From Desulfobacterales bacterium (GTDB taxonomy: Bacteria; Desulfobacterota; Desulfobacteria; Desulfobacterales; UBA5616): a stretch of 64,000 nucleotides of DNA. The stretch is taken from positions 32,001-96,000 of the forward strand of contig JAWODC010000064.1 of the NCBI GenBank assembly GCA_046483495.1, in the 5' to 3' direction. Below the pieces are notes generated by a model. It worked only from the letters and a program-made list of their open reading frames with translations. It had not been told where the DNA came from and did no database searches. Below are positions 52,180 to 62,300 of the stretch, piece after piece (positions within the stretch are counted from its first letter, which is position 1; each line of letters begins with the position of its first letter). Position numbers and translations under genes: made by a program.

Positions 52180-52325
52180 TACAAGGCGTCTCAAAATAAA
52201 GATTTTGGTCCAAGATCAAGACCGAGACACATGTTGAACCGCAGGCATACGCTTGTATGTTGAGGATTGAACATGCGGCTCCAACGAAGAGATTCGGGCA
52301 AAAGATTATTTTGAGATGGCTTGTA
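52180..52325 (+). repeat. Diverged full-length 146-bp palindromic element (different termini, same loop motifs)
   Basis: TACAAGGCGTCTCAAAATAA...TTATTTTGAGATGGCTTGTA ends; TCAAGAC, ACCGCAGG, GAGGA and CAACGAAG motifs. Confidence 0.82.
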
Positions 52326-52426
52326 AATAATGCCTATTCATCCAAAAATTCAATGGATCGAACCATAACCAATCACCTGGGACGCCCTTTTTTGATGTAG
52401 AAATCAGCAGATCCGGTTAATTTAAA

Positions 52427-52759
52427 ATGGGCACCGAACAAAAATCGTGTAGATGCCATTCGTATTTTGGGCCGAACATAGCAGTTAGGAATTACCAGAT
52501 GGAAGAATTAGATATCCCGGAAGGACTGAAATTCTCATACAAGCGGGTGATGAAGCGGGCGCCCAGCGAACTGAAAGAAGATGTGGATTTTCAAAGAAAA
52601 ACGCTGATTTATCTACGGATTGGCGGAGAACGTTTGGCCAGGCAACGCATTGAAATAACAAAAAAACAATTTCGAGAAGGGTATCTATTTCTGGATCGGC
52701 TGATGCCTGAGGAATCGCAGGATGACGATTCACCGGATGAACCCGTAGACAACCCTTAG
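52427..52759 (+). CDS. Hypothetical protein
   Basis: 110-aa ORF in line with the downstream kinases; N-terminal CRCH, acidic tail. Confidence 0.55.
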   Translation: MGTEQKSCRCHSYFGPNIAVRNYQMEELDIPEGLKFSYKRVMKRAPSELKEDVDFQRKTLIYLRIGGERLARQRIEITKKQFREGYLFLDRLMPEESQDDDSPDEPVDNP

Positions 52760-52822
52760 TGTTCGAGATCTTATGTCATCCCGCGAAATGAATCAACCCT
52801 GCCTTCATAAACGGGAGCCCTT

Positions 52823-54298
52823 ATGCAAACGGATCATTTCAGAGATTATTTCCTCAAGGCCGTCGATGCATTCAAACGGAAGTTTTTCATCATCACCTCG
52901 AATTTTGAGATACTTGCCGTAAATGCCGGTGATTTCGATATGCCCGTCCAAAACCTCATCGGCAAAAAATGCCACCAGGAATTCAGCGGCCGCATATCAC
53001 CCTGTGATAATTGTCCCGCACTCGAAGCGCTTTACACCCAATCGTCCGCCATATGGGAATCCCGGGCGAATTCATTGAAGGAAGACCATGGTTCATGCCT
53101 GTATGCTTATCCGCTGCTGTCCGGCAATGAAACCGAAGCCGTCGCCGTTATGGATTTTGATCTCCCCATCTTAACCGGACTTGAAGAGAAGCTGAAAAGA
53201 TCCAATGCCTTCTTGAGAAACCTGATGCTCAGTTCGGTGGACGGCGTAATTGCGGCGGATCTCAACGGCAAGCTGCTGATTTTCAACGATGCCGCATCTG
53301 AAATCAGCGGCTACGAAGTAGAAGAGGCCCTTTCAAAATTGGATATAAGAGATATTTACCCGGGCCAAGGTGCAAAAGAAGTAATGAAAAAACTTCGAAG
53401 CGACGATTATGGCGGTAAAGGGAAGCTCAAATCCTACCAGGTGGATTTTTTGCGAAAAACCGGTGAAATCATCCCCATCAGCCTAAACGCCGCGATTGTT
53501 TATGAAGGAGAAAAAGAGGCCGCCACAATCGGCTTTTTCCATGATTTGCGGGAACAGATCGAAATGAAGAATGAGCTGGAAAAAACACAGGTTCAGCTGC
53601 TCCAGGCTGAAAAAATGGCTTCTCTTGGAAAACTGGCCGCCGGTGTCGCCCATCAGCTCAACAACCCGCTGGGAGGCATCACCCTTTTTACCAAGCTCGT
53701 CATGGAAGAATACGATCATGAAGAGGCGGTTATCGCGGATTTAAAGCGCATTCTGAAGGACGCTGAACGCTGCCGCGATACGGTGAAGGAGCTTCTGGAA
53801 TTCGCCCGTCAAACTCGCCAGGAAACGCGCCTTCATGATATCAACCAAGCCATTTCCAGAACGCTCTTTCTTCTTGAAAATCAAGCCCTTTTTCAGAATA
53901 TTGAAATTGAAAAAAAATTATCCGATGATCTCCCACCGGTTCCCGGAGACATTCAACAGCTGAACCATCTTTTCATGAATATTATATTAAATGCCGCCCA
54001 GGCCATGGAGGGAAGTGGAAAGCTGACCATTGAAACAAAACGGGCTGAACAGAAAGACAGCGTGTGCATTTCCATCTCGGATACCGGTCCCGGCATTCCC
54101 GATGATGTGATGCCCCACATATTCGACCCTTTCTTTACTACCAAAGAAGCAGGGAAAGGAACGGGGCTTGGGCTTAGCATGGCCTATGGAATTGTCCAAA
54201 ATCACGGGGGAGTCATCTATGCCAAAAACTTTCCGGGCCGAGGCACCACGTTTACGGTCGAACTTTCGCTCAAGAAACAGGAAAAGTTGAATGACTGA
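52823..54298 (+). CDS. Cytoplasmic PAS-PAS sensor histidine kinase (NtrB-like)
   Basis: AHQLNNPL H-box, DTGPG, FFTTK and GTGLGL; Cys-rich first PAS; no TM. Confidence 0.9.
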   Translation: MQTDHFRDYFLKAVDAFKRKFFIITSNFEILAVNAGDFDMPVQNLIGKKCHQEFSGRISPCDNCPALEALYTQSSAIWESRANSLKEDHGSCLYAYPLLSGNETEAVAVMDFDLPILTGLEEKLKRSNAFLRNLMLSSVDGVIAADLNGKLLIFNDAASEISGYEVEEALSKLDIRDIYPGQGAKEVMKKLRSDDYGGKGKLKSYQVDFLRKTGEIIPISLNAAIVYEGEKEAATIGFFHDLREQIEMKNELEKTQVQLLQAEKMASLGKLAAGVAHQLNNPLGGITLFTKLVMEEYDHEEAVIADLKRILKDAERCRDTVKELLEFARQTRQETRLHDINQAISRTLFLLENQALFQNIEIEKKLSDDLPPVPGDIQQLNHLFMNIILNAAQAMEGSGKLTIETKRAEQKDSVCISISDTGPGIPDDVMPHIFDPFFTTKEAGKGTGLGLSMAYGIVQNHGGVIYAKNFPGRGTTFTVELSLKKQEKLND

Positions 54299-55787
54299 GG
54301 ATCAATTTGCCAAAACCCTTGAAGTGTTGGTCATCGATGATGAACAAAGCATCCGGGAAGGCGCCAAGAGAATTTTAGACCGCATGGGATTTCAGGTGCT
54401 GCTTGCGGCCGATGGCCGGCAAGGGCTGAATTCCATTGAACGGCACAATGTCGGCATTGTTCTGCTCGACCTGAAGATGCCTGGAATAGACGGCATGGAG
54501 GTGCTTTGCAGAATAAAACAACTGGACAGCAGTATACTCGTGATCGTCATTACCGGTTTTGCCACCCTCGAAACGGCGATCGAGGCAATGAAGGGCGGCG
54601 CCTATGACTTCGTGCCGAAGCCGTTTGAACCCGACCAGTTGAGGATTGTCGTCAATCGGGCGAAGGAAACACTTCGGCTGACCCACGAAGCCCGGAAAGC
54701 TGAATTGGAAAGGCAGCGCACGCTCAGTGACCTCGGCATGGAAAAAAGCCGGATCCGGACCATTATCGAATCCCTGCCCAGCGGATTGGTCGTAACCAAT
54801 GCGAATGGGCAGGTGGTACTGATGAACCCCGCCTTCAAAAAACTCTTCGACATCGAGCCGTATCGGGCTGTCGACGAACCCATTCATAAATACATTCCGG
54901 ATGAGGATTTATGCCGATTGGTCATGGACATCAGCAAGGGGAAGTATATCGATTTCGAGGATATTCCGACCTACGAATTTGCATTGGGTTCGGACAAGTA
55001 CCTTCTGGCCAGAGGTCAACCGGTATTGAGGGATCGCAAGGAATGTTTGGGGGCCGTGGTCACATTTATGGACATCACCGCAATGAAGGTGCTCGACCGC
55101 CTGAAAACCGAATTCGTGGCGAAGGTTTCTCATGAACTGAGGTCGCCTTTGTCTACCATACACGAACAGATTACACAGGTGATCAAGGATACGGCTAAGG
55201 AAGAACTCGAAAAAGAGCAGGATATTCTGAGTCGAGCCAAAGAAAAGACACAGGGTTTGATCTCCCTCATCGGCGATTTGCTGGACCTGTCCCGAATCGA
55301 ATCGGGCTCGACCATGATGCAGCCGAAGAGCATCAAGATCGAAGAGTTAATCAAGAGTATCGTGGATTTTTTGAATTCAAGGGCCAAAAGCAAAAACCAG
55401 GTCCTTCGGTTTATTCCTCCGGATGAACCCTTGCCCGAGTTCAATCTGGATCCGATGGCATTGGAAAGTATTTTCGGCAACCTCATCACGAATGCCATCA
55501 ATTACACCCCAAACGGGGGTGACATAATCGTAGAAATCAAACGCGGCCCCGGCACGGCCAGGATAAACGTCATCGACAACGGCTTCGGCATCGAGGCCAA
55601 ATATCTGGAAAAAATTTTCGACAAGTTTTACCGGGTAAAAACGGATCAAACGAGGTTCATTACAGGCACCGGACTTGGGCTTCCCATCGTAAAGGGATTG
55701 GTCGATTCTCTCGGTGGGTCCATCACGGTGGACAGTACGCCGGGTATGGGCACGACGTTTACGGTAATTTTGCCGTTCTCCACGTGA
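54291..55787 (+). CDS. Hybrid REC-PAS-histidine kinase
   Basis: IDDE, LLDLKMP and KP receiver motifs; SHELRSPL, NAINY, DNGFG and GTGLGL. Confidence 0.9.
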   Translation: MTEDQFAKTLEVLVIDDEQSIREGAKRILDRMGFQVLLAADGRQGLNSIERHNVGIVLLDLKMPGIDGMEVLCRIKQLDSSILVIVITGFATLETAIEAMKGGAYDFVPKPFEPDQLRIVVNRAKETLRLTHEARKAELERQRTLSDLGMEKSRIRTIIESLPSGLVVTNANGQVVLMNPAFKKLFDIEPYRAVDEPIHKYIPDEDLCRLVMDISKGKYIDFEDIPTYEFALGSDKYLLARGQPVLRDRKECLGAVVTFMDITAMKVLDRLKTEFVAKVSHELRSPLSTIHEQITQVIKDTAKEELEKEQDILSRAKEKTQGLISLIGDLLDLSRIESGSTMMQPKSIKIEELIKSIVDFLNSRAKSKNQVLRFIPPDEPLPEFNLDPMALESIFGNLITNAINYTPNGGDIIVEIKRGPGTARINVIDNGFGIEAKYLEKIFDKFYRVKTDQTRFITGTGLGLPIVKGLVDSLGGSITVDSTPGMGTTFTVILPFST

Positions 55788-55803
55788 TATCTTCTAAAAC
55801 GGC

Positions 55804-56667
55804 TCATCCGGTTTCCTTCAGGGCCTTTAAAAACTCGCTGTGATCCACCTGAATGCCGGTCCAAAGGCCAAACGTTCTCTTTGCCTGGTGCGCCAGCGTT
55901 GAAAGGCCGTCCGAAAATCGGATGTTCTTAAAGCGGGCCACGTCCTGCCATATGCTGCTGGTTCGGCCATAATTCAGATCCAAAAGCAATTCACAATCCT
56001 TGACGTCCAGGTTCGAGACGATATCCACCAATTTTCCCGCTTCATGGTAATCCGAAACCGACGTGGCATTGACGATGATGTGCGCCTGTAAGGGCTCTGA
56101 AGCCAATCGATCAAGGGGTACGGCCCGGCCGCCTAGTTCGGCGGCGATTTTATCCGCCTTTTGCAGATTCCGTGCAGCAATAAGGACGGATTCGGCCCTC
56201 AGCCAGTTTAAAATGAATACAGCGGCCCTGGCCGCACCGCCGGATCCAAACACCAAAGCGGTTTTGTTGGTGGGATCGACCCCGAGCGACTCCAAGGCAT
56301 CCATCATTCCGACCGCGTTTGTGTTGTACCCCTTAAGGCGTTGACCGTCACTGGCGATCGTGTTTATGGCACCGATGATTTTGGCGCTTTCCGACACGGT
56401 GTCTAAAAAGGGGATAACAGCCTCTTTATAGGGGACCGTGATATTGGCACCGGCTATATTTAAAATCTTGAGGCTGTTAACGGCTTCACCGAGGTGATTC
56501 GGCCTCACCATAAATGGAACGTATGCGCCTTTGAGCCCGATGCGTTCAAGAACACGTGTAAACATCATGGGGCTTTTCGACTGAAATACCCGCTCATCAC
56601 TTATGATGCAGAACACTTTCCGGCCGATTTCAGGTTTGGCATTTCGCAGAGAAAAGATATCGCTCAT
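55804..56667 (-). CDS. Shikimate dehydrogenase-like protein (NTD motif changed to NTN)
   Basis: SKSP, NITVPYK, GAINT, GSGGAA and DLNY motifs. Confidence 0.8.
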   Translation of the reverse strand: MSDIFSLRNAKPEIGRKVFCIISDERVFQSKSPMMFTRVLERIGLKGAYVPFMVRPNHLGEAVNSLKILNIAGANITVPYKEAVIPFLDTVSESAKIIGAINTIASDGQRLKGYNTNAVGMMDALESLGVDPTNKTALVFGSGGAARAAVFILNWLRAESVLIAARNLQKADKIAAELGGRAVPLDRLASEPLQAHIIVNATSVSDYHEAGKLVDIVSNLDVKDCELLLDLNYGRTSSIWQDVARFKNIRFSDGLSTLAHQAKRTFGLWTGIQVDHSEFLKALKETG

Positions 56668-56682
56668 AGATTTGTTTGGAAT

Positions 56683-56712
56683 AAAAAGCCCTTACCCTGA
56701 TACGGGAAGGGC
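56683..56712 (-). terminator. Putative intrinsic terminator after the receiver gene
   Basis: Minus strand GCCCTTCCC...GGGTAAGGGC stem followed by TTTTT. Confidence 0.6.
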
Positions 56713-56805
56713 GGTAATTGGCAAAGACAGAGCGACCCTAAAGAATGGATGTGAATGCTTATTCAGGTTTTTGCACCGAAGTACACGTCAAGAAACGATT
56801 TTCGG

Positions 56806-57201
56806 CTACGAACCGATACCCAGCAGATTTTTGACGCTTTGGGTGATTTCCTCGGCAGTGGCCGGTTTAGGCAGATAGTCGTCGGCCTCCATTGCCATAC
56901 CATTATAATGCGAATACCGGGTGGAGGAAACGTGGTCGGCAACCGCCGTCAGCATTAAAATGGGAATACCGGCGTATCGTTCGTCACTTTTCACTTCCGA
57001 GCACATTTTATAGCCGTCCTTTTCAGGCATCATTACATCCAGTACAATGAGATCCGGCGGTGACTGATGCACTTTTTCCAGCCCTTCAACACCATCATAT
57101 GCCACCTGCACTTCAAATCCTTCCTTTTCTAAGTTGCTTTGAACGATTGAGACAAAATCCGGCTCGTCGTCAACAACCAATATGGTTTTTTTATCAGTCA
57201 T
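56806..57201 (-). CDS. Single-domain response regulator (receiver only)
   Basis: VDDE, LDVMMP, LTA and KP motifs. Confidence 0.9.
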   Translation of the reverse strand: MTDKKTILVVDDEPDFVSIVQSNLEKEGFEVQVAYDGVEGLEKVHQSPPDLIVLDVMMPEKDGYKMCSEVKSDERYAGIPILMLTAVADHVSSTRYSHYNGMAMEADDYLPKPATAEEITQSVKNLLGIGS

Positions 57202-57270
57202 TATCCTCTCCTTTGCTGATATGGCTTTTGGGTTAAGAAAGAAACGTCCGAGAAAAACACAAACTACGGA

Positions 57271-58203
57271 TTATTCGACAGTTGGTCTGGGGAAGAGGCC
57301 TGCTCTTTCGACAATCTCCGGGACCTTTTCCTCCCATTCGATCGCCATAATGTGAAATCCGGCAACACCTTCTATAAATTTTAACCTTTCTATGGATTCA
57401 ATGCAAATGTTTATTCCGACTTCCGCCTGCTTTTCCTTTGGTGCCTCGGACATGCGCTTTACCACCTCATCCGGAACATCCATGCCCGGCACCCTGTTTT
57501 TCATATAACGGGCCATGCCGGCCGATTTCATCGGCGTCAAGCCTGCCAAAATATACACCTTTTCATGAAGACCGCGGTCCCGGACCTGGCGCATCCATTC
57601 CTCGAATCGATCCAGGTTGTAGATGCATTGGGTCTGAATGAATTCGGTGCCGCAGGCGATTTTTTTGGCAAGCCGGGGCACCCTGATGTCAAAGGGATCG
57701 GCAAATGGATTCGCCGCCGCGCCGACAAACATTTGGGGCGGCCGCTTGATGTCGTCGCCTCCCAGGAATTTGCCTTCATCCCGCATGTATCTGACGGTTT
57801 GAACCAGTTGCATCGAATCCAGATCATAAACATTCTGTCCCTGCTTGCTGTCACCGAAGCTCTGATGGTCGCCGGAAAGGCAAAGGATGTTATGAATATC
57901 GAAAGAAGCCGCCCCAAGAAGATCACTCTGAATGGCGATCCGGTTTCGGTCTCGGGTTACCATCTGCAAAACCGGCTCCAGCCCCATAAGCTTTAAGCGA
58001 ATACAGGCAGCCAGGCTGGACATGCGCGCTACAGAGGTTTGATTGTCGGTCACATTGACGGCATCGACGTAATCTTTGATCACATTCGCTTTTTCGACAA
58101 TGACTTCCGGATCACTTCCCCGAGGGGGACCGCACTCCGAGGTAACGGCCATGTGGCCGGCGGCGAGAATCTGTTCAAGTTTGCTCGGTGTCTTTACCTT
58201 CAT
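57271..58203 (-). CDS. metF: Methylene-THF reductase MetF (copy 2)
   Basis: ECGPP, NVTDN, RDRNR, LSGD, IQTQ and MAIEWE motifs; ATGA overlap with metV. Confidence 0.92.
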   Translation of the reverse strand: MKVKTPSKLEQILAAGHMAVTSECGPPRGSDPEVIVEKANVIKDYVDAVNVTDNQTSVARMSSLAACIRLKLMGLEPVLQMVTRDRNRIAIQSDLLGAASFDIHNILCLSGDHQSFGDSKQGQNVYDLDSMQLVQTVRYMRDEGKFLGGDDIKRPPQMFVGAAANPFADPFDIRVPRLAKKIACGTEFIQTQCIYNLDRFEEWMRQVRDRGLHEKVYILAGLTPMKSAGMARYMKNRVPGMDVPDEVVKRMSEAPKEKQAEVGINICIESIERLKFIEGVAGFHIMAIEWEEKVPEIVERAGLFPRPTVE

Positions 58204-58868
58204 ATCTGCACATCCTCCCTGACAACTTTTCTGGGGCCTCCCGCCCGATCCGTGCTCCAATCCTTTATAGGCTGCACCTTTTCATAGATGTCCAGTTTTC
58301 CCAGCGCCTTCAGCCGGTCAACGATCAGCTGCCACGCGCAGTCAACATCTTTGCTGATCTCGCATTTGCCGTTTGACGATCCGCCGCAGGGCCCGTTCAA
58401 CAGCCGCTTGGCGCATCGGGAAACCGGACATATCCCCCCGGTTACCGCCAAAATGCAGGAGCCGCATGCCTGGCATCGTTCGGTCCACAACCCCCGCTCC
58501 TCGGTCACTCCAAGAAAGCAGGTATTGACGCCGGGAAGAACGGGAATGGCGGGATATGCCTCTGCCGTGAACTGGACACCGACGCCGCAGGCCAATGACA
58601 GAATGGCATCGTATTGGTCGGCCACATCACGTATTTCTTCCAGGTATTCACGATCACATTGGCGTTCCAGTGTATTTTCATCGATTTTGACGTCCCTGCC
58701 CTGCTGCAAAAAATACATCCGCAACGCCGACGCCAACACACCGACTTCCTTCTTGCCTCCCGCCTCGCAGACTGTCACGCATTCGTTGCAGCCTAAAACC
58801 AGGATTGCGTTATAATCCTTGACGGTTTCGATAATTTCCTCGATCGGTTTTTTGTCAGCAACAATCAT
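58200..58868 (-). CDS. metV: MetV (copy 2)
   Basis: GCNECVTVC, RQC, ACGVG and CQACGSC...CPVSRCAKRLLNGPCGG...CAW. Confidence 0.88.
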   Translation of the reverse strand: MIVADKKPIEEIIETVKDYNAILVLGCNECVTVCEAGGKKEVGVLASALRMYFLQQGRDVKIDENTLERQCDREYLEEIRDVADQYDAILSLACGVGVQFTAEAYPAIPVLPGVNTCFLGVTEERGLWTERCQACGSCILAVTGGICPVSRCAKRLLNGPCGGSSNGKCEISKDVDCAWQLIVDRLKALGKLDIYEKVQPIKDWSTDRAGGPRKVVREDVQI

Positions 58869-58907
58869 TTGCCTGCCCTTTCATCTTAATGTGTTACCCG
58901 GCCTGCA

Positions 58908-59342
58908 TCATGCGGCGGATCTTTTCCTGGCCGTTTTTATAGGATTCGGCCCCAGTTTACGGATGCGTTCATCCATTTCCACTGCAAACTGCGCAAATCG
59001 GGTGCCTTCCCCGGAAGACAGGTTGTACATCTGTGCCCGTTCACCGCCGATGCCGATGGTGTCCAACAGGCGCTGAACCTGCTCAACCCGCTTCCGCGCC
59101 CTGAAATTGCCGTTGGTATACTGGCAGGAGCCCTCCTCGCAGCCGACCACGTAAACGCCGTCCGCACCTTTTTCAAAGGCCTTCAGCATGTGTATCACAT
59201 CGACTTTTCCAGTACAGGGAACCAGAATAATCTTGATGCTTGACGGGTATTTCAATCGCATTGAACCTGCCAGGTCCGCTGCTGTATACCCTCAGAAATT
59301 GCAGCAAAACGCGATGATGATCGGTTCAAAATCTTCACTCAT
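58908..59342 (-). CDS. mvhD: MvhD-type [2Fe-2S] subunit, selenocysteine at codon 17
   Basis: ATG 59342 overlaps the hdrA stop; [28 protein letters not shown] continues in frame into VPCTGKV and GCEEGSC. Confidence 0.9.
59245..59294 (-). promoter_or_regulatory. UGA plus bacterial SECIS hairpin (mvhD)
   Basis: UGA-GGGUAU...GGACCU-GGC-AGGUUC...AUACCC; G-containing loop ~20 nt after UGA. Confidence 0.8.
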
Positions 59343-62300
59343 AACACTCCCTCCAATAGTGAATCCACTTTACACATAATCTGGTTGTCTTCGTACCAGT
59401 TCAACTCGATGGCCTTGGCCGGGCACTCCGCCGCACAAACGCCGCACCCGCGGCACAGCGCTTCATCTATTTCGCTGACGCCCTGTTCGTTGATTATTGG
59501 AACCCCGTAAGCGCAAGACCTGACACAGATAAGGCACGATGCACACTTTTCCGGGTCGACTTTAGCCGTTACCGCGGACAATGTAATCCGGTCCTGGGAC
59601 AAAAACGTCGTTGCTCGTGAGGCCGCCGCAAAAGCCTGCGCAATGGCCTCCGAGATCAGATTCGGGCTGTGGGCCGTACCGCAGACAAAAATTCCCTCGG
59701 TAGCCAAATCCACCGGCCGAAGTTTAACGTGGGCTTCCATGAAGTAGCCTTCTTCGTTTCTGGCAAGCTTCATAATGCTTGCCAATTCTTCGGTGTCTTC
59801 GGGCACCATCCCTGCGCTGAGGGCAAGCAGGTCCGCGGTGACGCTGAGCTTTCGACCGAGGATATGATCCGTAAAAACGACTTCGATACCCTCATCGGTT
59901 TTACTAACCGAAGGCATGTCTTCAGGATCATAACGGAAAAAGAATATCCCTTCCCGGCGGGCCTCGGTATAATACTCCTCCAAAAATCCGTACATTCGCA
60001 TATCCCGGTAAAGGATGTAGACATCGGTGTCCGGCTTTATTTTTTTAATCCGGAGTGCGTTCTTAACCGCACTCTGGCAGCATACCCTCGAACAGTTGGG
60101 GTTGTTTTCGTTTCTGGAGCCGACGCACTGAATCATGACGACCTGGTTTACGTTGATGTCATTCTCGTGGAGGTGTTTTGCCAACTCGACTTGCGTCATG
60201 ACCCGGGCGTCGGTGCCGTATAAAAATTCAGTAGGTTGATATTCACCGGCACCCGTTGCCAGAACAACGGCCCCATGATCGATTTTACGCTCGTACATGC
60301 CCGGACCGACCAGTATTTCGGTCGTAAAATTGCCTTTGAATCCGGAAAATCCAACGACAAGCGACTGGGTCAACACCTGAATTTTCGGATGAGCCGACGT
60401 CATTTCTTTTAGTTCATCCAGATAGGGTGCGACGGCGACCCCTTCAATCGTCTCGATAAGGCGGTTGGCCATACCGCCGAGCTCGGCTTCCTTCTCCAGG
60501 AGAACGGTTTCGAACCCCTGGTCCGCAAGGCTTAGGGCGGCATTCATTCCGGCAACTCCGCCACCCAAGATTAGCGCCCGTTTGTTCACCGGAATCACCC
60601 TCTCATGAAGCGGATACAACGACAACGAACGGGCTACTGCCATACGGACCAGTTCCTTGGCTTTTTCCGTGGCTTTTCGGGGATTGTCCGAATGAATCCA
60701 GGAGTCCTGATTTCGTATGTTGGCCATTTCAAAGAGATACTTGTTGATGCCGCATGATATCATGGTATCCATGAATATGCCTTCATGGGTTTTGGGAGTA
60801 CAGGACGCCACAACCACGCGGTTCAATCCCTCTTCGACGATCACTTCTTTCATTTTGTCCTGGGTGTCCTGAGAACAGGTAAACAGGTTCCGGCCCACGT
60901 ATACCACATTCGGCAGGGTGGCCGCATAATTTGCGACTTCCTCGACATCCACAACCCCGGCGATGTTGATGCCGCATTTGCACACGAACACACCGACCCG
61001 AGGAGGCTGTTCGGAGACATCTATTTCATCCGGAATTTCAACGGTTTTGGTCAGCGTATTCCTGGCATCGGCAAGTTGACGCCCGGCACACATCGCCGCT
61101 GCACTCGCATCGATTACCGAGGACGGTATATCTTTAGGCGCCTGAAAAACACCGCAGGCGAATACGCCTTCACGCGATGTCGAGACCGGCTCAAAAAGCG
61201 GTGAATCGGCAAACCGGTGCCGGTTCAATTGAACGTTAAGCCGTTTGGCCATTTCTTTTGCCGGTTCTGAAATCCGGAGCCCTACGGAAAGAACCACCAT
61301 ATCGTATTCTTCCGAGATGATCTCCCCTTTTTCGTCGGCATACCGCACGATAAGGTTGCCGGTGCGTTTATCCTCATCGATCGTATGGACCCGGGCCTTT
61401 TCGAACCGGACCCCCTCCTGATGCTTGGCCCGATTGTAATATTTCTCATAATCTTTTCCGAAAGACCTGATATCCATATTGAAGATGACGCAATCCAACT
61501 CCTCATCCGAATGCTCCTTGGCGATCATGGCTTCTTTAATCGCATACATGCAGCAGACCGAAGAGCAGTATTCATTTCCGCAACGGTTGGTATCACGTGA
61601 TCCGATGCACTGCAGCCAGGCGATTTTGCGCGGCTCCTTATTATCCGAAGGCCTGATCAGATGCCCCAGTGTGGGGCCGGAAGCACTTAAAATACGTTCG
61701 AATTCAGCGCTGGTCAGAACATTGGGACTGCTTATATAATGGTACTGATCTTCCAGTACGGATGGATCATAAGTCTCGCTGCCCGGGCACAACACCACGG
61801 ATCCGACTTCAATCGCCCGCTCGACAGCGGCATCGTCATGAATAATCGCTTCGGCGATGCAGGCGTGAACACATTGGTAACACTCCGAACAAATGCCGCA
61901 TCTCAAGCATCGGGAAGCTTCCGCCAGGGCTTCTTCCTTATCGTATCCCATGGTAACTTCGTTGAAATTCCCTTCCCTTTGTGCCACAGAAAGCTTGCTG
62001 AGCGGGATTCTGGCTTTCGTTGCCTCCCCGGCGGTTTCCGGTTTTTCGAAAGACCACTCCTGTTCTCTGCCGGCCGCTAAATCCTCGCCGTTAAGGTAGC
62101 GCCGGATGCTTTCGGCCGCAGCCTTTCCGCACTCAACGGCCTCTACAACCGATTTCGGACCGTATACGGCATCACCGCCGGCGAATACCCACTCGATCGG
62201 TGTTTGGAACGTGATCGGATCGGCTCGAAGCCCACCCGGAGGCGTTGTTTCGATCGCTTGGGTTTTTGCAAACGCCAAATCCGCCATTTGTCCAATGGCG

